Below, piece after piece: positions 1 through 8,950 of a DNA stretch of 64,000 bases (the stretch's first letter is position 1; every line of letters begins with the position of its first letter). The translations under genes were made by a program, and so were the position numbers. Under the pieces are notes generated by a model, which was not told the DNA's origin, searched no databases, and was given only the letters and a program-made list of their open reading frames with translations. This DNA is from an uncultured Candidatus Saccharibacteria bacterium (GTDB taxonomy: Bacteria; Patescibacteriota; Andersenbacteria; UBA10190). The DNA lies in contig CAYJKV010000003.1 of the NCBI GenBank assembly GCA_964371255.1, forward strand, positions 8,458 through 72,457. The letters are read 5' to 3'.

Positions 1-108
1 CAGCAAATCGCTCCATTCCTGCCTGACACTCACGCCAAGCTTGATCAATTACTTTCTGCCCGTCCCATCAAAAAACCAAGCGAGCCATTATTTGCTAGAA
101 AAATCTAA
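1..108 (+). CDS. 3' end of an upstream ORF that starts before the window (C-terminal fragment, function unknown)
   Basis: Frame 1 is open from the window edge to TAA at 106-108. No recognisable domain is present in the fragment. Confidence 0.25.
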   Translation, partial: QQIAPFLPDTHAKLDQLLSARPIKKPSEPLFARKI

Positions 109-126
109 GATTATTACCCATCTTTA

Positions 127-151
127 CACCCCGGGGGTGTAAAAGAGGGGA
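127..151. repeat. GC-rich palindromic repeat CACCCCGGGGGTGTAAAAGAGGGGA, copy 1
   Basis: Contains the perfect palindrome CACCCCGGGGGTG. A near-identical copy lies at 199-222 and a related palindrome TACACCCCGGAGGTGTA at 877-893. Confidence 0.6.
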
Positions 152-198
152 TTAGTATCTATCTTTGCACCCTTTCTACGCCCGTCTTCCCACCCTTC

Positions 199-222
199 CA
201 CCCCGGGGGTGTAAAGGAGGGA
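199..222. repeat. GC-rich palindromic repeat, copy 2 (CACCCCGGGGGTGTAAAGGAGGGA)
   Basis: Direct repeat of 127-151. It lies about 35 bp upstream of the CYTH gene start. Confidence 0.6.
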
Positions 223-256
223 AACAAGATCCAGCTTTTACTTTCTTAATAGACCC

Positions 257-865
257 ATGATCGAAGTAGAAATCAAATTTCCTCTTATCAAGAATAACGA
301 GCAGTTAGTAACGGCTGGTGCTCGGCTGCTTGGTGAAAAAAAAGTTGTCGATCTGTATTATGACAACCCTTCACGACAACTGACCCTAGCCGACCGGTGG
401 CTGCGGTGCCGCAACGGCCAATTCGAATTCAAAGTCCCGGTCGACAACAACCACAAGAACACAACCTTTGTCGCGCGCCGCTACACGGAATTAACGACTG
501 ATCAGGAAATACTGCACGCTTTAAAATTATCTAGCCAAGACTTATCAACCGCTCTTGAGCAGAATAATTACACGCCATTCGCTACCATTAATACCACCCG
601 TCTCTCTTATGAATATGGAGATATTCACATCGACATTGATCGCACGGATTTTGGCTACGCGATCGGCGAAGTAGAAAGGCTCATCACAGACCCTGTACAA
701 ATCAAGGACGCGGAAAAAGAATTAAAGCGCTTTTTGTCAGAACGCCACATCGCTTATTCACACGGCCATATGGGCAAAGTCGCTCTCTATTTGCAGAAAC
801 ATAAGCCTGACCACTTTCATCTATTAGTCAAAGCCGGAGTAATCAGTCACACTCGTACAAACTAA
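257..865 (+). CDS. CYTH-domain protein (CyaB / thiamine-triphosphatase-like)
   Basis: N-terminal MIEVEIKF matches the CYTH ExExK signature. Its ~200-aa size fits the family, and acidic motifs such as DIDRTDFGYAIGEVE occur later in the sequence. Confidence 0.65.
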   Translation: MIEVEIKFPLIKNNEQLVTAGARLLGEKKVVDLYYDNPSRQLTLADRWLRCRNGQFEFKVPVDNNHKNTTFVARRYTELTTDQEILHALKLSSQDLSTALEQNNYTPFATINTTRLSYEYGDIHIDIDRTDFGYAIGEVERLITDPVQIKDAEKELKRFLSERHIAYSHGHMGKVALYLQKHKPDHFHLLVKAGVISHTRTN

Positions 866-876
866 CTTCCCCTCGG

Positions 877-893
877 TACACCCCGGAGGTGTA
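877..893. repeat. GC-rich palindrome TACACCCCGGAGGTGTA, directly downstream of the CYTH stop (possible terminator or REP-like element)
   Basis: Imperfect palindrome related to the two upstream copies. No T-run follows it. Confidence 0.4.
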
Positions 894-1038
894 CTATTAA
901 GCCGCGCAATGATCACGGTGCTTGTTTTCTGCTGCTGCACGACATCCAAGAATCTTCACGCTATATACTCGGGTGGTTAAAAAACATAGAAAGGGAAACA
1001 ACTTGCCATAAAATACTATTACTGGTACGACTCAATAT

Positions 1039-2040
1039 ATGAAATTATTAATCACCGGCGGGGCAGGATTTATCGGCAGTAACTTTATTCATTACTGGCT
1101 CAAAAAGCATCCCGATGATCATATCGTCAATCTGGACATCTTAACGTATGCCGGCAACCTAGCCAATGTCGATGACATTTCCCAGGACAAACGGTACCAA
1201 TTTGTTCAAGGCGACATCCTGGATAAGGACATCGTGGATGACTTGGTTAAGAGTTGTGATACGGTCGTCCACTTTGCCGCTGAATCTCATGTCGATCGTT
1301 CAATTCAAGGACCATCTGCCTTTGTGGAAACTAACATCAAGGGCACCTTTGTCTTATTGGAAGCTGCTCGCACCTATAATAAACGCTTCCACCATATCTC
1401 CACTGACGAAGTGTTTGGAGCACTGCCTTTAGGCACTAAAGATAAATTTAACGAACACACCCCGTATCAACCGAGCAGCCCCTACTCCGCGTCCAAAGCC
1501 GCCGCCGACCATCTCGTGCGGGCTTATCACGAGACATATAAAGTACCGGTAACCATCACCAACTGTTCCAACAACTTTGGTCCATATCAGCATCCGGAAA
1601 AATTTATCTCCCGCATGATTACCAATTTAATTGATGGCGAGAACATCAAGGTTTATGGCGACGGCAAATACGTGCGTGATTGGCTGCATGTTCAAGATCA
1701 CTGCCGCGCCATTGATGCCGTCCTCACCTCGGGTAAAATAGGGGAGACCTATTTAGTCGGCGGTATGACGGAGGATATCAATAATCTAGCGGTGGCCAAA
1801 CTGATACTGCAGCATATGAACTTAGGCGAAGATCGTATTGAATTCGTTAAGGACCGACTCGGTCATGATCGCCGTTACGCCGTCGACTGGACCAAGATCA
1901 AGCGTGACCTTAATTGGGAACCTGAATACACCTTCAACAAATGGCTAAAAACCACTGTTGACTGGTACCAGCAAAATGAAGATTGGTGGCGGCCGCTCAA
2001 AGAAGAAGCCGAAGCTATCTATAAAAAAAGCGGTCAGTAA
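1039..2040 (+). CDS. rfbB: dTDP-glucose 4,6-dehydratase
   Basis: N-terminal Rossmann motif TGGAGFIGSNF and catalytic YSASKAAAD (YxxxK). Its 333-aa length and overall similarity to RmlB/RfbB support the call. Confidence 0.85.
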   Translation: MKLLITGGAGFIGSNFIHYWLKKHPDDHIVNLDILTYAGNLANVDDISQDKRYQFVQGDILDKDIVDDLVKSCDTVVHFAAESHVDRSIQGPSAFVETNIKGTFVLLEAARTYNKRFHHISTDEVFGALPLGTKDKFNEHTPYQPSSPYSASKAAADHLVRAYHETYKVPVTITNCSNNFGPYQHPEKFISRMITNLIDGENIKVYGDGKYVRDWLHVQDHCRAIDAVLTSGKIGETYLVGGMTEDINNLAVAKLILQHMNLGEDRIEFVKDRLGHDRRYAVDWTKIKRDLNWEPEYTFNKWLKTTVDWYQQNEDWWRPLKEEAEAIYKKSGQ

Positions 2041-2144
2041 CTCAACATTGTAGCTGCAACCTGCCACGTCTCGCCAATAAAAAAACCAGTCCGAGATGAA
2101 CTGGGGTGCAATGAATGATTTACGCACTGGCATTTTGGCGTAGA

Positions 2145-2507
2145 CTATAATCTTCCTGCCGTTATGTACAGGATTAATATCATTTCGACCACGGCAATCA
2201 ATATCATAATCTTTCCCGCCAATATCCATTCCTCTATCATGCGTTGCCTATTTCGCCTTCTTCTCTGCCGCCTTGCCTCAGACATAATAGTAATTGCTTC
2301 CCGTTGATCAGGATACGCCGCTGCCAAATTTGGAGGATGTTTATGCCGCGGCCAAACAGACGCATGAGGCATGATTACTGCTTGATGACAATCTTGGCAA
2401 TAAACCCTCCTCCCGATAAACGCACTGTTGTGTGGCAGATAGTTGCCGCAGGGACATAGAAAGTGAACATCCTCTATAGCTTCTAGAACAGGATTCAATC
2501 TAATCAT
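2145..2507 (-). CDS. hypothetical small protein with a CxxC..CxxC zinc-ribbon-like motif and a C-terminal hydrophobic helix
   Basis: ORF with ATG start. Motifs CPCG...CQDCHQ are followed by IMILIAVVEMILILYI. No family was recognised. Confidence 0.35.
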   Translation of the reverse strand: MIRLNPVLEAIEDVHFLCPCGNYLPHNSAFIGRRVYCQDCHQAVIMPHASVWPRHKHPPNLAAAYPDQREAITIMSEARRQRRRRNRQRMIEEWILAGKIMILIAVVEMILILYITAGRL

Positions 2508-3106
2508 GGCTAGGCCCCCAATATATTATTGATAACGCCGCTAATTTAAAAGAACACCTTGCAACTGCAAATTGCTTACGTTGCACAGGATAAAAAACCC
2601 AATAATATACGTCAAGCATATTAACTTCTATTTTGTCAACATCTATTGGCATGTTTTCGTATCCATTTTCCACTCAGGACTGTAATAGCTATAACTTACG
2701 AAGCCGATTTTTCTTATATTCTCTTGTTTCTGTTCTGCGTGAATTTCACGCCATGTTACTCCTCAACTATTGTGATCAGCCAAGATTAATAAATAAATCT
2801 ATATAAAATATTATTATGTCAGCGAATTTTGACGTATTCATTTCAGAATAGAAGTACTTTCTTTGGCTGGTGCATTTACCCTTGGCGTTATCACGAACCT
2901 GAATAGTCTGGCTTGCCCAGAATGATCATGCCCCTTATAGGGCCTAAAGTCTGGTTTGCTAGCTAAAAGACGTTACTAAGCCGATTCCATAGACCCGTTG
3001 CAGGAACAATAATCTAGTAGTATAGCTGCTAGGCCATCACCAGACTCTAAAAATTCTCTTGCACTATAATTATTTTAAAAAATGAGGATCCAATAATACT
3101 CAACTT

Positions 3107-3148
3107 TTGTCATAAAGATTTGACAAAATGCTATTTGTGGCGTATAAA
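3107..3148 (+). promoter_or_regulatory. sigma70-like promoter (TTGACA-17-TATAAA) overlapped by inverted repeat TTGTCA-N8-TGACAA
   Basis: -35 TTGACA at 3120-3125, a 17-nt spacer, and -10 TATAAA at 3143-3148. A 6-bp inverted repeat at 3107-3126 overlaps the -35. The nitroreductase-fold gene starts about 25 bp downstream. Confidence 0.5.
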
Positions 3149-3172
3149 TACCTGTTTTAGCTTAAATATCAT

Positions 3173-4195
3173 ATGCTACAAAAAACCCCAAAACCAGCCG
3201 CCCAACAGCTCATATCTGCCAATACTTTAGCACGGCACATTATTCCATCTGCCATTCTGGCACCGTCCGCCCATAATACCCAACCTTGGAAATTTGAAAC
3301 TTCGTCAAACGTGATTGACATTTTTATCGACTGGAGCCGTCACTTAACTATATCCGATCCAACTCTCCGTCAACTTTATGTCAGTCTTGGTTGTGCTACG
3401 GCCAACGCGCTAAATGCTGCCAATTACTGGAACATGACAGCCGCTGTTCAATATTTCCCAGACGGTGCTGGTAAAGATAAACCGGTCGTGCGTCTAAGCT
3501 TCGCACCTGCCCACAAACCGGGAGAACACAATCAAGCGGAGGCAGACATGTTTGCGGCCATCGTCCAGCGGCACACCAACCGGTCTTTCTTTGATGAGCA
3601 GCCCCTGACTGTCGATGAACAAAAGGCTCTTAACCAGGACATTGATCAAAGCATCACCACCTTCGTCTCTGATCGTAACCAGATCGAACAAATCGCCCAA
3701 ATATCCCAAGAGGGGACTTTTAGCACTTTATCCCGCAAGGAATTTAAGGAAGAATTGTCTCATTGGGTGCGCAATAGTTGGACTTACCAGCATGACGGCA
3801 TGCCCGGTTATGCTATGGGCATTCCTGCCCCCCTTTCCCTGGTTGCTCCGATGATGGTTCGCATTGCCCCAATTCATGTTCAGGAAGCGCCCAAAACTAA
3901 ACAGCAAGTTGCCAGTTCCTCGACTCTGGCTATCTTTTCTACCGATACTGACACGCCTGTTGATCATCTAAAAGTTGGCCAGCAACTCCAGCAAGTCTGG
4001 CTCAACGCGACCGCGGCCGGATTAGCCGCCATGCCTGTGGTTGCCGCCATAGAAGCTGGCGAAGAATATCGCAACAGGTTGCGCGACATTACTCATGCCA
4101 AAACCTACCCCCAGTCTTTATTGCGTATCGGCCATTCATCTGCCACCAATCTTCGTGCCACACCCCGCCGTACGCTCGACGAATGCGTCCGCTAA
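3173..4195 (+). CDS. nitroreductase-fold flavoprotein (tandem or extended type, Acg/SagB-like size)
   Basis: Nitroreductase signature PSAHNTQPW near the N-terminus. The 340 aa is longer than classical ~200-aa nitroreductases, suggesting a tandem or extended fold. Confidence 0.6.
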   Translation: MLQKTPKPAAQQLISANTLARHIIPSAILAPSAHNTQPWKFETSSNVIDIFIDWSRHLTISDPTLRQLYVSLGCATANALNAANYWNMTAAVQYFPDGAGKDKPVVRLSFAPAHKPGEHNQAEADMFAAIVQRHTNRSFFDEQPLTVDEQKALNQDIDQSITTFVSDRNQIEQIAQISQEGTFSTLSRKEFKEELSHWVRNSWTYQHDGMPGYAMGIPAPLSLVAPMMVRIAPIHVQEAPKTKQQVASSSTLAIFSTDTDTPVDHLKVGQQLQQVWLNATAAGLAAMPVVAAIEAGEEYRNRLRDITHAKTYPQSLLRIGHSSATNLRATPRRTLDECVR

Positions 4196-4196
4196 T

Positions 4197-5306
4197 TTAG
4201 CTTTTCAAAATCTCCGCGACTTTTCGTGCCGCTTCTTCCCGCGCGGCAAAGTGAATTCGTAAGTATCCAGTTTCTTTACTGCTATCGTTAAACAATATGT
4301 TCGCCGGTGTTGTTACGATCTTTTTCTTGATCAATTCCTCCACTACTGCCATATCCGTCGGCCGGTCATGTTTCATCAGCATGTAATAAGTTGCGGGTAC
4401 GTGTAGGGGACTAAAACCATAATGAACAAACGCCTCTTCCAACACTGCTTTATTACGGAGTAACATTTCCCTCAAGTCACTGACGTATTGGTTTAGCTCC
4501 GGCAGATTATTTTTTAGCACCTCTGCCAGCACATGCTGGGACACCGTCGATCCTCCGATATACAGCGCATCGTGCCGCACTGCCATCTCTTCAATCCGTT
4601 CCGGGCTGGTTATGGCAAATCCCACGCGCCAGCCGGGAATCGCAAATGACTTTGACCAGCTGCGCACCAAGACCGTCTTTGACCAATCCATTTTCTTGTA
4701 GTCCGCGTCATCCTTCGGCGGATTGTCCCAGATAAATTCCCGATACATTTCATCCAATACCAGCAAACAATTCTTGGCCTTCGCCGCTTCGCTTAACTTC
4801 TTTAACGTCTCAAGAGACGCAGTCTGTCCCGTCGGATTAGCCGGAGAAGTAATAATGACCCCATCCACCTCATCCATTTTTTCTATCACAACATCCCAAT
4901 CAAGTTCTTCCCCAATCCTGGTTGGCAAAAAAACTATTTTATAGCCCAATGCGTTCAGCAGTATTTCATGCGCTATATAAAAAGGTTCTGGCAGCAGTAC
5001 CTTAGCACCCGGTTTAAGATCGGTTAATAAAGCGCTAGTTATTCCGGCCATCGCTCCGGCCACGGACATCACGTTTTCTACTTCAATATGCCACTCTCGT
5101 GAGTCTAAATATTGTACTAACGCCTCCCGATAAGCCGGCACGCCACGCTTGTTGTCGTACCGCGAAATTTGCTGGATCGGTACTTTATGGAGAGTCTCTA
5201 CCAAAACCTCCGGCAGATCCGTATCAATTACTCCCTGCGCTAAATCAATCGCCCCTTCCTTCTTAGCCCTTTCGGCTAATTCTCTGATCCCTAATTGTAT
5301 AGTCAT
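4197..5306 (-). CDS. class I/II PLP-dependent aminotransferase
   Basis: Motif SWSKSFAIPGWRVGFA around the PLP-lysine. Its 369-aa size and overall aminotransferase-like architecture support the call. It is convergent with the nitroreductase gene, 1 bp apart. Confidence 0.75.
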   Translation of the reverse strand: MTIQLGIRELAERAKKEGAIDLAQGVIDTDLPEVLVETLHKVPIQQISRYDNKRGVPAYREALVQYLDSREWHIEVENVMSVAGAMAGITSALLTDLKPGAKVLLPEPFYIAHEILLNALGYKIVFLPTRIGEELDWDVVIEKMDEVDGVIITSPANPTGQTASLETLKKLSEAAKAKNCLLVLDEMYREFIWDNPPKDDADYKKMDWSKTVLVRSWSKSFAIPGWRVGFAITSPERIEEMAVRHDALYIGGSTVSQHVLAEVLKNNLPELNQYVSDLREMLLRNKAVLEEAFVHYGFSPLHVPATYYMLMKHDRPTDMAVVEELIKKKIVTTPANILFNDSSKETGYLRIHFAAREEAARKVAEILKS

Positions 5307-5493
5307 ATCGTCCTATAATATACAACAATTCCAATCCTCACAAACTTAAAAATCCGCGCCGGGTCACCTTTAGGTGATCCTCTCTGCGGCGGGTAGAACC
5401 TCGCCGCGCCGGAAAAAACCCGGGTGTTAAAGAGGCGCGGTCGTTATTATCCGGGGTGGTTACGGATCAACTATCTTCCGCTATACTAAATTC

Positions 5494-6726
5494 ATGACAA
5501 AAAACCTTTTTAAAAAATTAGCATCAACACCTAACACCAACCCAGAACCTCCTAAACCGATTTTCTTTAGCTTATCTAATTCAGACGACGCTGCCCGATT
5601 GTCTGATCTCCTAGACCAGAATCCGCACATCAAGATTATTGACACTTACGACACCCAGCTCAAAGAATTGTTTACCCTGAATAATCCCGCTTTAAAAATG
5701 AACCCGCCCGAATTGGCTAAGCAGTTCGAGGCGTACCAAAAAGAACACTACCAAGACCTCGATCCGCGACAGGCAGGAAGCTGGGTTTATCTTCCCTGGC
5801 GGTTCGTGTTGCTCCACCTTCTTCAAGACAAAGATTTCCAGCAAGTCCGCACCGGCCGCAATCGCAACCTGATCACACCGGAAGAACAAGTAAAATATTA
5901 TAACAGCACCATCGGCATTGCCGGACAGTCCGTCGGCAATAGCTGCACCTTGAGCATCGTCTTAACCGGCGGCGGTAAGCATCTCAAAATTGCCGATCCG
6001 GACACACTAGAGCTGACTAACTTAAACCGCATCCGCGGCTCCATCGCCGATCTGACAGAACCGAAAGTATACATGTCCGCCCGCCAAATTTATGAACTGA
6101 ATCCCTATGCCGACATTACCATGTTCACTGACGGCATCACTGAGGATAATATCCAGGAATTTTGCGATGGGCTGGATGTGATGGTCGAAGAGATAGACAA
6201 TCTCGAAATGAAAATCCGTCTGCGTCAGGAAGCGCAAGTCAGAAAGATTCCCATCGTCATGGCCACTGACAATGGTGATAGCGGTGTGCTCGATGTCGAG
6301 CGTCACGATCTGGCAGATAATATCCCGCCTTTTCATGGACGGGGTGGTGATGACATCGCTGAACGTGTAGTTGGCAAAAAATTACCCTTGCCGGCCATCG
6401 GACAGATTATCGGCGGGGAATTGCTTGGTTATGACATTGCCGAGGAACGAACCGTACGCTCGCTGCTGGAAATTGGGCGTTCTATTCCCACCTGGCCGCA
6501 GCTCGGCTCCGCCGCCACCCTCAACGGTGCTGTTGTCGCTGTCGCCGTGCGCCGTATTCTAACGGGACAGCCCATCGTCGATGATCGTGCCAACATTTCC
6601 GTACCAGCGCTTATTGAACCTGGTTACACCGACAAAGAAACTACCGAGAAGCGCCTTAAAACCATCCACGAACTCGGCGACCAATTCAACACCATAGTCC
6701 AGCAAATCCTCAAGCATTCAAAATAA
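5494..6726 (+). CDS. ThiF/MoeB/E1-like adenylyltransferase-fold protein with ~130-aa N-terminal extension
   Basis: Rossmann and E1 signature IGIAGQSVGNSCTLSIVLTGGGKHLKIADPDTLELTNLNR (GxGxxG ... DxDxxExxNLNR). No CxxC zinc motif is present. Confidence 0.65.
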   Translation: MTKNLFKKLASTPNTNPEPPKPIFFSLSNSDDAARLSDLLDQNPHIKIIDTYDTQLKELFTLNNPALKMNPPELAKQFEAYQKEHYQDLDPRQAGSWVYLPWRFVLLHLLQDKDFQQVRTGRNRNLITPEEQVKYYNSTIGIAGQSVGNSCTLSIVLTGGGKHLKIADPDTLELTNLNRIRGSIADLTEPKVYMSARQIYELNPYADITMFTDGITEDNIQEFCDGLDVMVEEIDNLEMKIRLRQEAQVRKIPIVMATDNGDSGVLDVERHDLADNIPPFHGRGGDDIAERVVGKKLPLPAIGQIIGGELLGYDIAEERTVRSLLEIGRSIPTWPQLGSAATLNGAVVAVAVRRILTGQPIVDDRANISVPALIEPGYTDKETTEKRLKTIHELGDQFNTIVQQILKHSK

Positions 6727-6804
6727 TTGCATCGTCCGTTGTCTATCATGATAGCCTCCAATCATGTGAGGGAATAACATTAAGAAGATTTCGCGTCTTC
6801 CCTC

Positions 6805-6892
6805 TGCCTCGCCCCGCATAGCCCCGCCAACGGCGGGGCGACGTGGGGATAAGGGGCCTGCCTGCCGGTAGGCAGGGATAGGGGGGGTCTGC
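6805..6892. other. GC-rich double hairpin in an otherwise AT-moderate intergenic region (terminator or REP-like)
   Basis: Hairpins GCCCCGCCAACGGCGGGGC (6821-6839) and CCTGCCTGCCGGTAGGCAGG (6857-6876) lie between the ThiF-like stop and the NUDIX start. Confidence 0.45.
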
Positions 6893-6926
6893 AAACCAAC
6901 ACTTTCTAACTTAATCGATCGCATCA

Positions 6927-7409
6927 ATGAAAACAGCCAAAGAAAACAATGCGTTATTTGAAGTCTCCTTAAAATTCATCATCAAGGATGAAACTGATAA
7001 AATATTACTGCTTAAAATGCCCAAAACAGGGCCTATGGGTGGGTATTATGATTTGCCGGGTGGAAGAATAAAGGAACATGAAAAATCAAAACCATTCAGT
7101 GAAATTATTTCTCGAGAACTTACAGAGGAGCTCGGCACAAAGCCACGGATTACTTTTAATCAAATTCCCGTTGCTGCAGGACGGCACACCTATCCCAGAC
7201 CATCCTCGGGTGACGATGGACATATTTTCTGGGTGTTCTTTGAAGGCCTATTTCAAGGAGGAGAGATAGAGATATCCCCCGAACACGCTGGCTATAATTG
7301 GATTAGTTTAGGTAAGCACAATCTTGATAAATACTTTGTGCGAGGCCCATGGGAAGGAATGTATAACTATTTTTATAAGAGATTTCCACCTAAATTAATC
7401 CAAGATTAA
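6927..7409 (+). CDS. NUDIX hydrolase
   Basis: Nudix box GGRIKEHEKSKPFSEIISRELTEELG (Gx5Ex7REuxEExGu). Confidence 0.75.
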   Translation: MKTAKENNALFEVSLKFIIKDETDKILLLKMPKTGPMGGYYDLPGGRIKEHEKSKPFSEIISRELTEELGTKPRITFNQIPVAAGRHTYPRPSSGDDGHIFWVFFEGLFQGGEIEISPEHAGYNWISLGKHNLDKYFVRGPWEGMYNYFYKRFPPKLIQD

Positions 7410-7511
7410 TTTTTAAATTCAGACTATTAAGAACGAGTTGGGAAGTTATAATCACCCGACAACTATTTGCGATCAAACCAAACATACCAAGCAACTGTTC
7501 CTAATGTGAAA

Positions 7512-8222
7512 CTAGTCATATTCCTTATCTGATTTCATTATGACGATTGCTTCATCAAGCAACTTTTGAAAATTTCTATTTTCCCTCCAAGCTTGTCGCA
7601 ACTTATTTCTTAGTATTTGGTGCTTGGGGTAACCCCTGTCCTCAGATAAAATCACAGCATCGAATTCAGGTTCATTCAACAGAATCGTTAGCGCTTCTTT
7701 CAAATTATCGCTTTGCTTCATATTTAATCCGTTCTTCTTCAGATAATTTCTATAGTAATGCAGAAATTGAAGATGCATGATTTCATGGCAAATTGTTGTA
7801 ATCGAATCCGGGAGGCTACGCCACAACGAAACCATGAACCAATTTCCCTTTTCGTTATATGGGCACATGTAGCCTGTCGTCCAAAAACAATTAAACTTCT
7901 CAGAACAAATCGGCTTACCTGTCATTTTCTCTAAAGCTTGCCAGTACTGTTGTTCCACCATCTTCCAGGCGACTTCTAGTGATCTTATTTCTTCTTTAAT
8001 TATCAAATCCCTGTATTTACGTTTCTGATCACCTTGCAGATACTCCCTGATTATTTCTTCAGCGTCTGTAAAACTGGCTTTTAACACCTGCGATAATAAA
8101 TTCTTTGGGATATGGCCGACTTCGTCCTTCCAGTCCAGTCCCCAGAGATTTTTATCTTTAGCAATTAAAACCCAGCTCCAAGCGTCCTTCACGATATCAT
8201 ATTGAAATTTTATTTGTGACAT
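7512..8222 (-). CDS. hypothetical protein with HExxH motif (possible zinc metallopeptidase)
   Basis: ORF with ICHEIMHLQFLHYY (HExxH). The start is taken at ATG 8222 (MSQIKFQYD). The longer TTG-initiated version to 8336 would run into repeat copy A. No family was recognised. Confidence 0.45.
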   Translation of the reverse strand: MSQIKFQYDIVKDAWSWVLIAKDKNLWGLDWKDEVGHIPKNLLSQVLKASFTDAEEIIREYLQGDQKRKYRDLIIKEEIRSLEVAWKMVEQQYWQALEKMTGKPICSEKFNCFWTTGYMCPYNEKGNWFMVSLWRSLPDSITTICHEIMHLQFLHYYRNYLKKNGLNMKQSDNLKEALTILLNEPEFDAVILSEDRGYPKHQILRNKLRQAWRENRNFQKLLDEAIVIMKSDKEYD

Positions 8223-8281
8223 ATAAATTTCTATCAATATGTACCCTGTTAACCGTGTATCCCAACAGTAGCACCTATTTT

Positions 8282-8477
8282 CTCTTGATATACTATAAAA
8301 CCACATAATCCCATGGCTCCGTCGTCCCAATAACAATCACCGCGACTCGCTATTCAACCTGCCTATCTACCCTCCCCGCCCCTAAAAAATGGGGGAGTAG
8401 ACCTAGCCTGCCAGCAGCTCACTACTGACGTTAATCAAACGCTAACGTCCTTCTCTGTTGTTAAAGCCCGATGTCAG
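8282..8477. repeat. Direct repeat copy A (~196 bp), a degenerate duplicate of the 5' end of the downstream adenylating-enzyme gene (pseudo-fragment)
   Basis: Nearly identical to 11200-11396. Relative to copy B the start codon is lost (ATA versus ATG). An A-run of 6 versus 8 causes a frameshift, and the reading frame terminates within 7 codons. Confidence 0.85.
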
Positions 8478-8721
8478 CCGGCGAGGGAGAGGTTGGGCTC
8501 ACCGAAACAATTGTCAACCAACACTGACAAAACCATTTATTAATAATTGTCAAAAATCAGTTCTAACACTATGATTACACGTTGTATCTACTGTTGGTTC
8601 TTTAGACAAAAATCCCACATACAAGACCTTGTTGAAGAGCGCATAACGCTAATCGCCAGCAATGTTGCCAGCGGCTACTTCACAATGTACGTGTGTTAGG
8701 TATAGAAAGGAGGTTAATACG

Positions 8722-8880
8722 ATGAAGACAGAGCAAGTCAAGGGCATGCAAGAGAAACAGACTTACGGATTCAGCGGAAAACAAGAATCTGCCAAGATTT
8801 CTCTGAAAGCCACCAAAGTTCATGTCCAAAAGAGAGGAATGAATTCTGGCATCTCAGGCGGAAGTTCCCAATGTTGCTGA
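8722..8880 (+). CDS. candidate RiPP precursor peptide (52 aa, Lys-rich leader, C-terminal ...GISGGSSQCC)
   Basis: AAGGAGG sits 8 nt upstream of ATG 8722. The ORF track's longer 8662 start lacks an RBS. The peptide lies immediately upstream of an RRE-radical-SAM-SPASM gene and is followed by a hairpin terminator. Confidence 0.5.
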   Translation: MKTEQVKGMQEKQTYGFSGKQESAKISLKATKVHVQKRGMNSGISGGSSQCC

Positions 8881-8892
8881 ACAGATAAACTC

Positions 8893-8936
8893 GCGTGGCA
8901 TGTAATTGCTTTTTTGCATCATGCCACGCCTTTTTT
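8893..8936 (+). terminator. intrinsic terminator/attenuator between the precursor peptide and the radical SAM gene
   Basis: Stem GCGTGGCATG...CATGCCACGC is followed by CTTTTTT. Confidence 0.6.
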
Positions 8937-8950
8937 AAAAGGAGAACAGA

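Noticed and set aside
1166-2229. Several 60-120-aa ORFs overlapping rfbB in other frames or on the opposite strand
   Set aside because: They are nested in a confidently assigned gene and lack RBS and recognisable domains.
3173-6726. Calling the nitroreductase plus ThiF-like pair a TOMM (azol(in)e RiPP) cluster
   Set aside because: No YcaO cyclodehydratase or Cys/Ser/Thr-rich TOMM precursor is present in the window. The label would be unsupported, so it is kept only as a discussed possibility.
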